Below, piece by piece: positions 47,350 to 59,814 of a stretch of 64,000 nucleotides of DNA. Location of the stretch: contig OX597815.1 in assembly GCA_951406725.2 (NCBI GenBank), positions 131,440,001 to 131,504,000 of the forward strand, in the 5' to 3' direction. The first letter of the stretch is position 1. Each line of letters opens with the position of its first letter. The notes under the pieces are model-generated. The model was not told where the DNA came from. It worked only from the letters and a program-made list of their open reading frames with translations, and ran no database searches. The DNA comes from Octopus vulgaris (taxonomy: Eukaryota). The position numbers and the translations under genes were made by a program.

Positions 47350-50300
47350 CCTTATACCTCTTGGTAGACAATATTTTTTCGTTCTACTCCGGGGTGAGTA
47401 AACGAAGAGGCTTTCCTTGCTTCCCACCCGGGAACAACCGACGTATAGCTGACCGTGTGAGAATGATTCATCTAAATGCAGCCCTGCCACCGATAGTGTC
47501 TGCCCCTGTGACTTATTGATTGATTTTGCAAAACATAATCTAAGCGGGAACTACAGACGGCGAAATACAAAGAGAATATCTGCACCAGGTGGAATGTGGG
47601 GGATTCTGGCTATGAAAACGTCCTCTCCTTTGCCACAACCGGAAAAATGGTGACTTCAAGAACGTACTGTATAGCCTTCTTAATAACCAAACGTATCCCA
47701 TTGCAAAGCTTTGGAGGGTCTAAATATACTCAGCAGCATGGTAGGAGACCCCGACTTTAACTTCCAGTGTATGAGGAGGCAAGCCTGGTGGGTCAAGGGA
47801 ATTAAGAAACTCTACTGGATAGTTCACTGCTTGGTCGTCGTCGGGTACATAATCAATTGACCCGTACACGTGCAGCCTTCGGGAAGCGAATGCAGCAGCT
47901 TAGCGTTGAGAGCGGTCACTGTGCTGTTTTTGGGAGCCAAAATGTCTCTTTCGGAAATCTAATTCATGTCAAGGTAGTTCCTTTGGAGATTTGGATAGAC
48001 ATGCGCTTCTAGTTCATCGGAATTAATGACAGGGGTACAGAGTGACAGTTCTCCGTTTTCATCGAGCGGAACAACACCGTTTCCGATTGACAATATGTCA
48101 GATATAAAATCTGATGCCATCTGGACACCACGAAGCTGCGCTCTCATATTTCTTTTGAGAGACAATGTTGTAACATTTTGCCACAGGGGGGGGGGGGGAC
48201 TTTAGGCAGGCTCAGACTACATCTGCCCTGGTTCCTTTGGGTATTACAAGAATCGTTTGTCGGAAATCGCCAGACAGGAGGAGAGTTATACCACCCATCG
48301 TAGCGGGGCAGTCTCTGATGTCTTGAAGAGTGGTGTTGAGGGCTTCGAGGGATCGCTTGTGGGCCATTGTGCATTCATCCCAAACTATCAGCTGACAACT
48401 CCGGAAAGCAAGCCCTTTTCAGAGGTTTTGGTGATGTTACAGGAAGGCACTTCGGATCTTGCCAAAACAAATTGTAGCTTAATGGTTGAGTGCGCTGTCC
48501 TGTCACCGTGAAGCAAAGTTGCTGCAATGCCAGAGGAGGCCACAGCTACGGATACGTCTTTCCGGTGCCTTACTTTAACCAGGAAAAGCTGAATAACGAA
48601 CGTTTTTCCAGTCCCTCCTGGTGCATCAAGAAAAATAAATACCCCCTTTTCGTTTCTGCATGTGGTCAAAGATGGTACTGTAAGCCCACTGTTGCTCTGG
48701 AAGATGCTTGGGCTCATTTTGCTGGATGTATTGATTAAGGGCTTCAGTGTCATAGGACGTTTCACGTATTAACTCTGTTGGTATTGAAGGTGTCCCGTGC
48801 CGCAATGGTTGCAGCAGCCCGTGTGTAGGTAAGGTATTACCTCCCAGAGAAAGTCTTGTTCTCTATGTCAAGTAAAGCACAGTTGTAAATGAAATCATTT
48901 TCAGCAGGCAAGCGGGTATGATGCAGTAGGGCCTGGTAATGGAAGTCTTCTAATAGGTCGTCTCTGTACTTTAACCACGGGAAATTGGCAAATGTGCAGG
49001 AGTAGAGAAAACAGAGCTCTGAGACTTTTCGGTGACTGTGTAACAGCAGTCTCCACAAGCGTAGCATCCCACTGCGCACCGTCTTCTAACAGCCCACGTA
49101 GTAAGCAGGCCTCCCTGAACGTAGCACATGTATGGCAATTCAATTGGTCGAAGGACTTTAGACCACTTACCACGTGAAGCAGCAATCGGAGGTAGAAGCA
49201 TTCTTGTTGGCCCGAGTGAATCGTGGAAATTATCAAATTTAATCTCAGGGTAATCATCAACGGCTCGACCTGACTTCCTTCGCTGCCACTCACACTTATT
49301 CCATGTGTAGTACGACGGGACTTGAGGATAAAACAGATCTTGCTCAAACAGGCCTACCTGGCAGAGTTTGAAGAAAGCCGTTAGTCTTTTGGTTGCTCAA
49401 TCAGTCGAGCAGCAGTGGAAGCGGTGAAGTACAGACACTGGCCGTTTTCAAGGTGCACTGTAAGCTGCTGGATTGGCGGATACCTTTGATGCAGTGGAAA
49501 CCCGAAAATGCGCCAGAAGGCTTCGTTATTACTTATGTACCTGCCTACTTGGTATTGTGTTATTTCATCTCGGAATCTGTCTGGTTGCAGGCCGAACACA
49601 GCAGTATCAGAGCCTTTGTTGATATACTTGCACACATATTTCATGAACTTTACAGAATTGCAGAGCTCGATGTTTATGTGAACATTAAGGCACTATCCAT
49701 CTGTTGTCTACTTCATACAGACCAACATTCACTGTGAATCCACCGTCCTCTGGATTCCTTCGTCTGTACAGAGGGCATCCATCGTGCCCAGATTGTGTTT
49801 CCTTGAGGAATTATTTTGGGTATTTCTTGCTGCAAACTGACCCTTTCATGCAAGGCGATCGAAGGTTGAATTCTCGTCTGCAGGGACCATGGATCATATT
49901 AGCCTTCACTGTCTCAAAGAGGGTCCTGTCGATAACGGGGTCAGGGAACTCGGCTGAGATCAAATTGTCAATTGCATCGGATGCAATCCATGTGGACAAA
50001 TTAGAATATGAGCACGAGGAAGACCCCTTTTCTGTCGCATCGCACGGGGCCAAATATTTGGCCTTTGGAGATGAAGTTCATGAGTTTGTGTAACTTCAAG
50101 TGGAAGACCCGCGCAATGAGATCATGTCTGTCTTTGGCCTGCTGACGTTGAAAAAGTTCTAATACAATCCCCCTATCACCTAGGATTACAAGTGAAGGTA
50201 ATAAGTCAGGACGCCCGTAGTAGCAGACGTATGTCATTGCATCTTGAGTTCTTTCGAACATGTAACGTGGGCCGCCGGTGAAAGATAACGGCAAGATGCG

Positions 50301-51835
50301 CACCTGATCCAACCTTCCGGGTGATACGTCATTACTGAGACCATCCCACAGATGGATATAGCCGTCTGATCGAAGTTTCTTCTGGTTAGACCTGATATAG
50401 AATAACCTCTTAGATTCCATTTTTGCCCAAACATCCACGGCAAATTGGTGGAACAGGTCGCACGATCGCTGGAGGTGGTTAGCGCATTCGTGACGGAGCA
50501 CGAAGTGTTATGAGTAGAACTGCATGCACCAAACCTATTTGGAACTCCTTTCGTTTTGTCTGCGCGGCACCCGCTGGTGAAGACCCAGATGGTAGCCATC
50601 TTCTCTGCGCACAAAAAGAAATGGATACTGGAGCGGGTTGTATGCTCTGTGTGTCTCGTTGATGCGCTTTACAGTTTGGTCACGGCACGAAAGGACAATG
50701 CTTCTGTGTTTATGCTGTTCACCACCGAGCACAGTGGCATCTTCGTTCAAGTTCGGCGTGTTTGGTAGTCAACGATAAAGTACACCTGGAGGAACTGCGG
50801 TGTTTCGTTGGCAACAGGTAGAAGGGGTCCAATTCTGTGGTAAATATGCCCCTGAATTTTAAATGTAGGCATGATGCCGCCTTCTCGAACGATATTCGTA
50901 CCAAATGATGTCATCTGAAAGGCGCAGTTATACTTTCTCATGTTGCTCCAGAAGTGCCGGCATTCGTTGTCTGCACCTGTTAAAAGATATCGCAATGGCT
51001 CAGGTGAGTTATCCAAAATGGGAAGGAGGACTTTTCCATTCGAACAGTACATGCCAGATGGTTCTCCAGGCAATTTCCTTGCATTGCAGAAGGGGCAAAC
51101 TTTTCCCATAGAGGAAATCATCAAGTTGGGGTGGTGAGCGTAATCACGATCATGTTTATAATCGAACGCTGCCCTTGACCATCGTGTACTACACGGAACA
51201 GATAGACCCTGCTGGGGGGTTCGTAGGACGGCAGAAGCTGCAAGGCGGCTTTGTCTTCCTTCATCGGCTTCGGCATTTCGAACACTAGCTGCAGAGGCTG
51301 CGTTGGTGGACCGTCGATGAGCACGTTGCTGTTCAGATTCCTTAGCTCGCGCGGACGCAATTGAAGCAGCATTACATGACCGCCGTCGTGAATGCTGTTC
51401 TGGTGTTTCAGCAGCTCGGGCAGACGCTGTTGAGGCTGCGTTGGTGGACTGTCGTTGAGCACGTAGCTGTTCAGTTTCGGCAGCTCGTGTGGAATCCCTT
51501 GATGCTGCATCATGGGACGGGCGTAGTGCTCGTTGACCTTCAGTCGTATTAGCCCGGGTAGCAGCAGTCGCAGGCTACGCTGTTCTTCCGTTTCAGCAGC
51601 GCGGGTGGCAGCCATTGTGGCAGCATTTCGAGATCTGCGATCAGCGCGCTCGTGCAGCAGCTTGTGAAGCTGTTTTGCGTAGCCGACGAATGGTACGCCA
51701 GTAGTTGAATGGGGATACAGGTGACACCGATAATGGATGGTTACTTGTTCCGTCGGGCTGACTGCTTGGCCTCCTTGCTTGTCGAACAGCTTCTCGTGTT
51801 CTTCGTCCGACGAAAGGTCTTTTCTTTGGAGGCAT
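47350..51835 (-). pseudogene. Helitron RepHel (HUH Rep plus PIF1-family helicase), heavily frameshifted
   Basis: MPPKKR start; RAAETEEQR-type repeats; CPFCNA...CSNGKV; YGRPDL; QKRGLPRAHIL near 50003-50035 (HUH first His changed to Arg); KYVCKYINKGSD; FLDAPGGTGKTF; ASSGIAATLL; HGQLYVGCSRV. Confidence 0.92.
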
Positions 51836-53114
51836 TTACCTAGAAAGAGAGTGTAAGAGGGGCAGAAATAACGGAAAGTCTTAATAAAGCGGAGTTAATG
51901 AGCAATTGCACACAATGGGTAGCAAACGTTTAAACTGTAAAGGGTATATCTTTGAAAAAGGAAAGTAAGCGAAAACCGAATGGTGGCTATGACCAATTTA
52001 CTGTGAGGGAAGTAGGTGGAAGGCAGAGTAATCGGACGGTTGAATGTGTTTCTGAAATGTGCGATTCACAGCACTGTCTCAACCAGGAGGACTTCTGAGG
52101 AAGTTTTCAAGAAGGTTGTTTGCTTGTAGAAGCGAATGGATGAGTTGCTGCGACAGGGAAATCGATCCCGTATGTCAAATAACCAGGAGGGACAGCTGAA
52201 CACGTGCATAACGGAATGCCTAATTGACCGAGGTACGAGAAGGGGGTGTGTTACGCAATGGAGATCGTATCATGGTCGAACTGCAGTAAGTGGCTGACAC
52301 ATCAACGGTAACCCGTTAACGCCGGTCTGCCTTTTCCGCGGTGGGAAATGCGTAATTCTGTAGTATAATGTAGCCCAGGGTCTCCTCAAGGAAAAGATTG
52401 CAAAGAGAAATAAGACATGGAACGGAAGCCAGAAAGCAGCTTGACCCTGCTCTAGGACGTTTGAGTGTAACATGGGTGCCGTAGCAGTCGTAAGTATAGT
52501 TAGTAGCGGTTTTACCACTGAGTCTAACCTAAAATTGATTGTTGGAAGAAACTACCGAAAATCCCATGAAACGTCAATACATAAATACTGCACTTTTTTG
52601 CTGATTCTATAGTGTATCGAGCTAAGTGCAATGTAAATCGGTACATGGGCATTAGTTGAGTTCAAATATCGCCCTGACTTCGTCCACTTTGAATGCAGTA
52701 AGTAAAATCGCAGTATTTTCATTGTCGAAGTTTCTATAAGTAGGTTTCAAAACCTTGAAGTGTTTTTCAACGCGGAAACGCAGTGATCCCCGTCTAGGAA
52801 TGAACAGTGTCTAAGAATGGATTTGGGTGCACAATTTTAAACATTGGACTTGGCAAGAACTAAAAAGTTAGTGCTCCAAATGGCGTAGTTTAGCATTAGT
52901 ATGTTTGAATAAAAGTTTGGCAAGGGAAGTTTCTAACGTAGTAGTGCACTGAGCCCGGCAAAGGATAACTTTTGCTTAATTAAATGCGCCATGTTACGAC
53001 CTAATGGCCATAACCCGAATTCACAGAATCAATGTAGACAGTGTGAATTTAAAACAACACTACACCATGAATGTTTTGTAAAACTATTATTAATCGTCAA
53101 CATAAAAACAGCTT

Positions 53115-53146
<32 letters not shown>

Positions 53147-53438
53147 AACAGCCAAAGCTACACCAAGCCTGCAGTCAAAAGTTACAAGGGTAACATATAT
53201 ACACAGTTCAGAAGTTCAGACTCCATATCTTAGTTTTTCAAAAGTAGCCTTCCAAAAACTTTGGGTTTCATAAAATGCTGATTTCCAGTTTCGTAATCAT
53301 TTGGTTTTCAAACGTCGGATTTCGACAGTGGATTTCGAACCGTGACTTCATAAAATCTGTGTATCAATTCGGCGTTCAACCTTGAGTTTCGAACCTTGGA
53401 ATGTAGAACGTTGGATTTCGATATGATATAGAAAATAT

Positions 53439-53782
53439 TTTAACTGACAAGCAAAATTTCTGGCAAATTCCTGGAGCATAAAACAATTTCACAAGTGCTT
53501 AACACATAGCACAAAATGCAGAAACTAAACAGGCAATCACAGCTTCCAGAATCCAATTGAAATTTGTCTCACAGAAAAACTGTCACCAAAACTGGGTGTA
53601 CAATTATCTCACACACCCTGCCACAATGCAGGATTCAAAGTTCACGTGCGACAAATTATTTTAAAACTGACCGGCAAAAAGTTTTGGTGAATTCCTGGAG
53701 CATAAAATATTTCCACAAATGCCTAACACAAAGTTCAAAGTGCATAAACTAAAACAGGCACTTACCGCTACCAGAATGCAAT
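53439..53782. repeat. Diverged direct repeat (~115 bp, two copies ~220 bp apart) in the Helitron 5' region
   Basis: aactgac...aattcctggagcataaaa...aacaggca...ccagaat.caat at about 53440-53556 and 53660-53782. Confidence 0.75.
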
Positions 53783-54730
53783 AGAACAAAACTGTTCTGC
53801 GGGGTATGGGAGGGGGGGGGGTAAAATTATGTATATTTATAACGTTTTTCCAGTGAGTAGCCGATTCGTCATAGTTTCTGGGGCTAATAATTATAGCGTC
53901 CCCCATTTAATAATGGACGTCACCATTATAGTGCAGCATAAAAACGGTTTTTCCCGTTTACTTTAATGTCAAACATCATTATAGGACCTGGGTTCGATAC
54001 CCGGAATCTCTACTATTTTTTAATTTCATAACAGCCAAAAGTGTCAATAGGGTGAGTAGGGGTGAAAAATAGTGATGATGTGCGCCTTGTCTCTACCCGC
54101 TAAGTAACATGATATGCAGCAGCTAAGGCGTATGGTTAACGGACAAGCTATTGCAAACAGTATTAGGGCTTCAAAAACTTTGACTTGATTTTTTACAACT
54201 AACCACCGCTATGGCCCTCGTCTAAGAAAGCCTATTGCTCAATGTTACGCATGGAACTTGCAAAAAGTATGGAACATGGGTTCTTTTGCTGTTTTTCTTC
54301 AAAGTAAAATGTGTAACGATATATTGACTAAACGCTCGGCAACTGGTTTTTTAAAGGTAGCATTACATTGAACTCTGGCAAGAAAAGGGTAAGTGCTTCA
54401 TCTACTGGGCAAAAAAAAAACGTGTCAAAAGGGTAAGTAGAGGTGCAAAACGTGTTGGTGCATGAGTCATTTTACTCTCTCCCCCCAAAATAACACATTA
54501 ACGTGTAAAACATAGCGATTAAGGCGTGAAAAGTAATTCAGCAACACATGTGCGTATAAGGTAACTTTATGTCTGTGCCCCCTATCATGCGTGCAGATCA
54601 CGGGGGTAATTTTTTTGCCATGACCTAGCTCTGACCTTATGGAATATGTGTACAAAATGTGAGGTCAATCGGACATTGAATGTGGATTTCTATAAAAAAA
54701 CATAAATGTCTACACACACATAGACACATT

Positions 54731-54776
<46 letters not shown>

Positions 54777-56608
54777 CAATTTTATATATATGTTATAGAT
54801 AGTAAGAAGAAAACAGAGATGAAAAAATCTAGGTAGATATCAATAAAGCACTCAGTCTTAAACGAATTTGCTTAACTATAACCAACAATCATACGCCAGT
54901 ATACGTTTTTTGTATATACACACACATACGCACACATGTATGTATGTATGTATGTATACCTATGCACACAGACATGCCAATGTCCTAAGTCCAGTTAAGA
55001 TGAAATCTAATTATACAGTAAAACACATATGATCGAGATTCAAAGTAAATAGTTATGGATTTTAATTAAAATCATTTAAAACCTCTAAAGTTTGCTTGGA
55101 AAAATTCTTAACAATAAGTGTATCCGAATCAATATCTAGCAAAATAAAAAGAACAAAATAAATCTCAGTTGGGAATCTTAAAAATAAATTTTCTTTCTTT
55201 TAGCAGATCAAGAATCTGGTTATTAATTCAGCATCTGTTTCTATTATTATGTAATCTATTTTCTCTTGTAGTATTGATTTGATAATGAAATAATACAGAA
55301 ATAAAAATAGAAATAATCACTTTGTGGAATACAATAAAAGGCCGTTGTAAAAACTCCTGAGTAATCCTTTGTTAACTCGTAAAACACAACGTGTCAAATT
55401 ATTTTTATGGTTAAAACAGTAATCTTTTGTATCACGTAGAATGAGTCCAATCTAAATAACAATATTATTCTCAATTGCATAAAATAAAAGCCAGTTCAAA
55501 TTTTGGAAATCTGATCACACGTTATGAAATGAATGCAAGAAAGATTTGTGGCAGGTTTCAGGAAATTTCAGTTTTAGAGCTGGAAGAATTAAACAGAAAA
55601 AGAAATGACAGGTTCCGTTTTCTTTTACATCACTAAATGTGTTTTGACATTGATTAGAATTATTCATGGTTGCTATGCATTAAGTTTTAGAGAATGAAAA
55701 AAGATTCGAAATAACAGCAAGAGAGTAGGAATTTCATAATATTCTCTGAAAGATAAAATTCAATCATTGGAACTCGTTATTTTAAAAGTACTTTTCTTCT
55801 ATTTTTCCGCTTATCTCTTAGAGAAAATGTGGGTGAGACAACAATATTGATTTGTGGCATGTACCTGATATGTCGGATATTACAGAAAAGTCGAAATTAA
55901 GATATTTGATTATCAGATTTTTCTTAAGTCTAATATTTATGCAAATGACAGAATCCTTTTCAGTCAAGAAGCGAAATTAAATTCCAATATTCAACTAATG
56001 TCAATTTAACATATACTGTGAGCAGTTCGCCTCGAAGTAATTAAATGTCTTGCTCTATATATTTTGATATTCCTCAAATAATCTTTCTACTGTTTGAATT
56101 TTCAGTTGAAATTTCAATGTTTAATAGGTGAAGGACTCTCATCAAATAAAACTAGGTTATATATAATTTGACTGGGAGATGATATAACTGTAAGGATAAA
56201 AGAAATCCGTATAGCTTCGACCTCAACAGTATTATATAATTAGAATGGTATTTCAATTTGTTGATCCAAGGTGAACTCACTTGCGTGATTGACATAAAGT
56301 GCTTCACCACAACTTCTCAACTCTGACCTACGGTCAGTCTTATCTTTCTACCTTTTCTGTCATTATTACAGCGGTTTATTTCTGATTCTTGGAGCTGGTT
56401 AGGTTCCCTTCACATCTACTAAAAACACCCACGATCCAGTCCTCTTTCAATTTGATGGCACCGCAGATCATTTGTATGCTCAGTTAATCTCCGGTTATTT
56501 TAATCCCAAGGTCTGTCTATTTACATTCAATAGCCGGTTAATGCTCGTTGTTTCCAAACCCTAGCCTGAAAACTGAAAAAAGGATGATTAGCAATTCGTT
56601 ATATATAT

Positions 56609-56795
56609 ATAAACAACACTTATAAACAAGGGTAAAAGAAAAGATTTCAATGCCAAATATGCCGAAATAGACTTAATAATCAATAACCATATAATTTATC
56701 ACTTATAAATTATATGGTTAATGACGATTAAGTCTATTTCGGCATATTTGGCATTGAAATTTTTTTTCTTTTGACCTTGTTTATAAGTTGTTTAT
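56609..56795. repeat. ~187-bp near-perfect palindrome
   Basis: ataaacaac...ttcaatgccaaatatgccgaaatagacttaat...aaccatataatttat | ataaattatatggtt...attaagtctatttcggcatatttggcattgaa...gttgtttat; centre about 56702. Confidence 0.9.
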
Positions 56796-57439
56796 AACTT
56801 TAACCTTTAAAGGTATTTTTTTTAATATGCTGGCCAATGACAAATTTTTACTTAAACTGAGGCACTTTAATTGATATATCACCATCAACTAGAATACAGT
56901 TGAGAACTCCCAATGGATTTAATTCTAAATGGTTAAAGACTACATGCTGCATATCTTCTGAATATAAATAACTACGCCACAACTCCTTTATCTTGGCTCC
57001 CACCACTATTTTTCTTTTGCTACTCTCTAATAGGTTTAATAAGATATGCATTATTTCCTAAACTCATTCTGCAACAGATATAACATAAGGAATGTAACAA
57101 TTTAATTATTTTGGTTTCTATTATTGACGTAAATTTCTTAAAATTGTTTGTCCTTTATATTTGAAATCATCTGCAACTGAAGAGAGCAGTTTCTTTCAAA
57201 CTGATGTAATGTTTTCATTGATCGATTAATGGAGAAGCGTGAAACAGATCTAATGTATTGAAACCTGTACATTTTCGTTACTTATTTAGTTTTTCTCTCT
57301 CTCTCTCTCTCTCCCTCTTTCTCTTTATCTCTCTGAATATATATGTATAGGGAGAAGTTGTGGTTATAAGAGATAATGGTGTCATTAAGACCCAAATGTA
57401 ATATTGCGAATAATTTTTCTTAATTTTTCTTCTCACATC

Positions 57440-57491
57440 GTCTCCGATGGAGGGATATTATTAATTGATATCCTAGAAACAGCTGTAAGAC
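57440..57491 (+). ncRNA. Minimal type I hammerhead-like motif (variant core)
   Basis: gtct-CCGAUGG-agggata...tatccta-GAAA-cagctg-UA-agac; stems I and II and palindromic stem III pair; same family as 46097-46309. Confidence 0.55.
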
Positions 57492-57553
57492 CTATCTATA
57501 AATGCTCTAATATCTATACAGCCTTGGTTTTTATCTTATTACGCAGAAAAATT

Positions 57554-57594
<41 letters not shown>

Positions 57595-57651
57595 GTGTGT
57601 GTGCATATATGTGTGTAAATTTATACGTATATATACATACATATATATATG

Positions 57652-57726
<75 letters not shown>

Positions 57727-57908
57727 TAAAAGAAAAAATAAGTTCAAGTAGAACAATTCAAAAGTTTTTGAGTAGTCCAAAAAGAGAGAAAATAATTTCT
57801 AATAAAAATTCAAATACAGAAATATCCTGCTAGACCAAGCAATAAGAATAAGAAAACAATTGTCTATGGTACATTTGTACCTATGACGAACGTCTTCAGT
57901 ATTTTATA

Positions 57909-57948
<40 letters not shown>

Positions 57949-57949
57949 T

Positions 57950-58170
57950 TCTTTTATTCTTTTAGTTGTTTCAGCAATTTGTTTGCGTGATTGTGACCAT
58001 GCTGGAGCACCGCCTTGAGTCGAGCAAATAAACCCCAGGACTTATTCTTTATTGGCCTAGTACTTATTCCATCGTCTCTTTTACCGAACCGCTAAGTTAC
58101 AGCGACGTAATCTGACTAACATCGTTTGTCAAGCGATGGTGGGGATCAAACACAGACACACAAATACATA
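57950..58170 (-). mobile_element. 3' half of a SINE (family B)
   Basis: Reverse complement of the family B tail (ccatgctggagcaccgcc...ccgaaccgctaagttac...gtcaagcgatggtgggg). Confidence 0.8.
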
Positions 58171-58178
58171 CATATATA

Positions 58179-58232
<54 letters not shown>

Positions 58233-58298
58233 CAAGGAAAAATTATAAAGAGGCAGAATGCTAAATTGAATGTAAATTTTAATGAAAATGGGTGTGTG

Positions 58299-58332
<34 letters not shown>

Positions 58333-58336
<4 letters not shown>

Positions 58337-58374
58337 CAAACCGGTTTTCGTCGTAATGCGACTTTTCAAGAATT
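58333..58374 (-). ncRNA. Hammerhead-like motif with variant core UUGAAAA
   Basis: aattc-UUGAAAA-gtcg(catta)cgac-GAAA-accggt-UU-gaatt; 58228-58395 is homologous in reverse to about 43355-43515. Confidence 0.5.
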
Positions 58375-58388
58375 GTAAGGTGAAAAGA

Positions 58389-58420
<32 letters not shown>

Positions 58421-58424
<4 letters not shown>

Positions 58425-58808
58425 GCTCTGTGGTAAGTAGCTTGCTTACCAACCACATGGTTCCGCGTTCAGTCCCACTGCGTGGCACCTTGGGCAAGTG
58501 TCTTCTACTATAGCCTCGGGCCGACCAAAGCCTTGTGAGTGGATTTGGTAGACGGAAACTGAAAGAAGCCCGTCGTATATATGTATATATATATGTGTGT
58601 GTTTGTGTGTCTGTTTGTCCCCCTAGCATTGCTTGACAACCGATGGTTGTGTGTTTATGTCCCCGTCACTAAGCGGTTCGGCAAAAGAGACCGATAGAAT
58701 AAGTACTGGGCTTACAAAGAATAAGTCCCGGGGTCGCTCGATTAAAGGCGGTACTCCCGCATGGCCGCAGTCAAATGATTGAAACAAGTAAAAGAGTAAA
58801 GAGTAAAG

Positions 58809-58810
<2 letters not shown>
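58421..58810 (+). mobile_element. Full-length SINE (family B)
   Basis: A-box-like gtggctctgtggtaag, B-box-like gttcagtccc, internal (TA)/(TG), tail gaaacaagtaaaagagtaaagagtaaagagt; within (TA)n. Confidence 0.92.
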
Positions 58811-58859
<49 letters not shown>

Positions 58860-59088
58860 TTAAAAACAGATTTGTTATATACTCTCACCTCTGTCACTAT
58901 CTGTCATATACAGGTGCTTACACTTATCAAGTATTCACTCTAAATTTACAGTACCTACTTAATATATGTATATATATATACGTATATATATTTATATATA
59001 TACATATAATGGTGGTGTATCAGCCTGACCACAGTTTTGAAGTTGAAACATTTTAAAATAATTTAAGTACATATATATATTACATACA

Positions 59089-59774
59089 TATAAGAGGGAT
59101 GAACACTAAGTGGACATCCATTATGCTAGACGTCGACCTCCTATGGTCTTACCACTAAGAAAGGAATATTTTCAAGAAAATTTAGCAAACACTAGAACGT
59201 AGGTGAGCAAGACAAATGAAAAGGTACAAAATATGCATATTAATCACAAACACGGTTTAATTGTTACCACCTACATAATCACTTACGTAGATGCCTGCAA
59301 CTCGTCAGTGTGATCGTCATAGGAAAATATAATATACACGAGACGTTCACATGAGATTGAACATGTATATAGTTCTGCCAAATGCATTTGGTTTTATATT
59401 TCAAAAGTTTTCGTTTTGGCGCGCCAAAATACCGGAAATAATTCTGCAGAAAATAATTCTCTGCAGTGAATTTTGCCGGTTAGAGAACATAGTTATTTAA
59501 GATTGCTGGCGTTTGATAAATTTTCTTGAGAAAATTCCTTTCTTAGTGGCAAGACCATACGGGGTCGACTTCTAGCATAATGGATATCCATTTAGTGGTT
59601 ATCCCACGCAGGAGTGGCTGTGTGGTACGTAGCTTGCTAACCAATCACATGGTTCCGGGTTCAGTCCCACTGCATGGCATCTTTGGCAAGTGTCTTCTGC
59701 TATAGCCCCGGGCCGACCAATGACTTGTGAGTGGATTTGGTAGACGGAAACTGAAAGAAGCCTGTCGTATATAT

Positions 59775-59814
<40 letters not shown>

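Larger units (their letters stand above)
46409..54799 (-). mobile_element. Full-length Helitron (8391 bp) with intact termini
   Basis: Minus-strand 5' end TCTATAACATATATATAAAA at 54799 followed by (TG)n; 3' hairpin acccg-tgaaacgc-cgggt (46437-46420) then CTAG (46412-46409); A|T target with no TSD; RepHel inside. Confidence 0.93.

Noticed and set aside
56848-57060. Minus-strand 67-aa ORF with a possible donor site
   Set aside because: No recognisable homology and only a weak acceptor; cannot support as an exon.
58421-58500. tRNA gene candidate in a SINE head
   Set aside because: A/B-box-like motifs continue into a SINE body and tail; no full cloverleaf.
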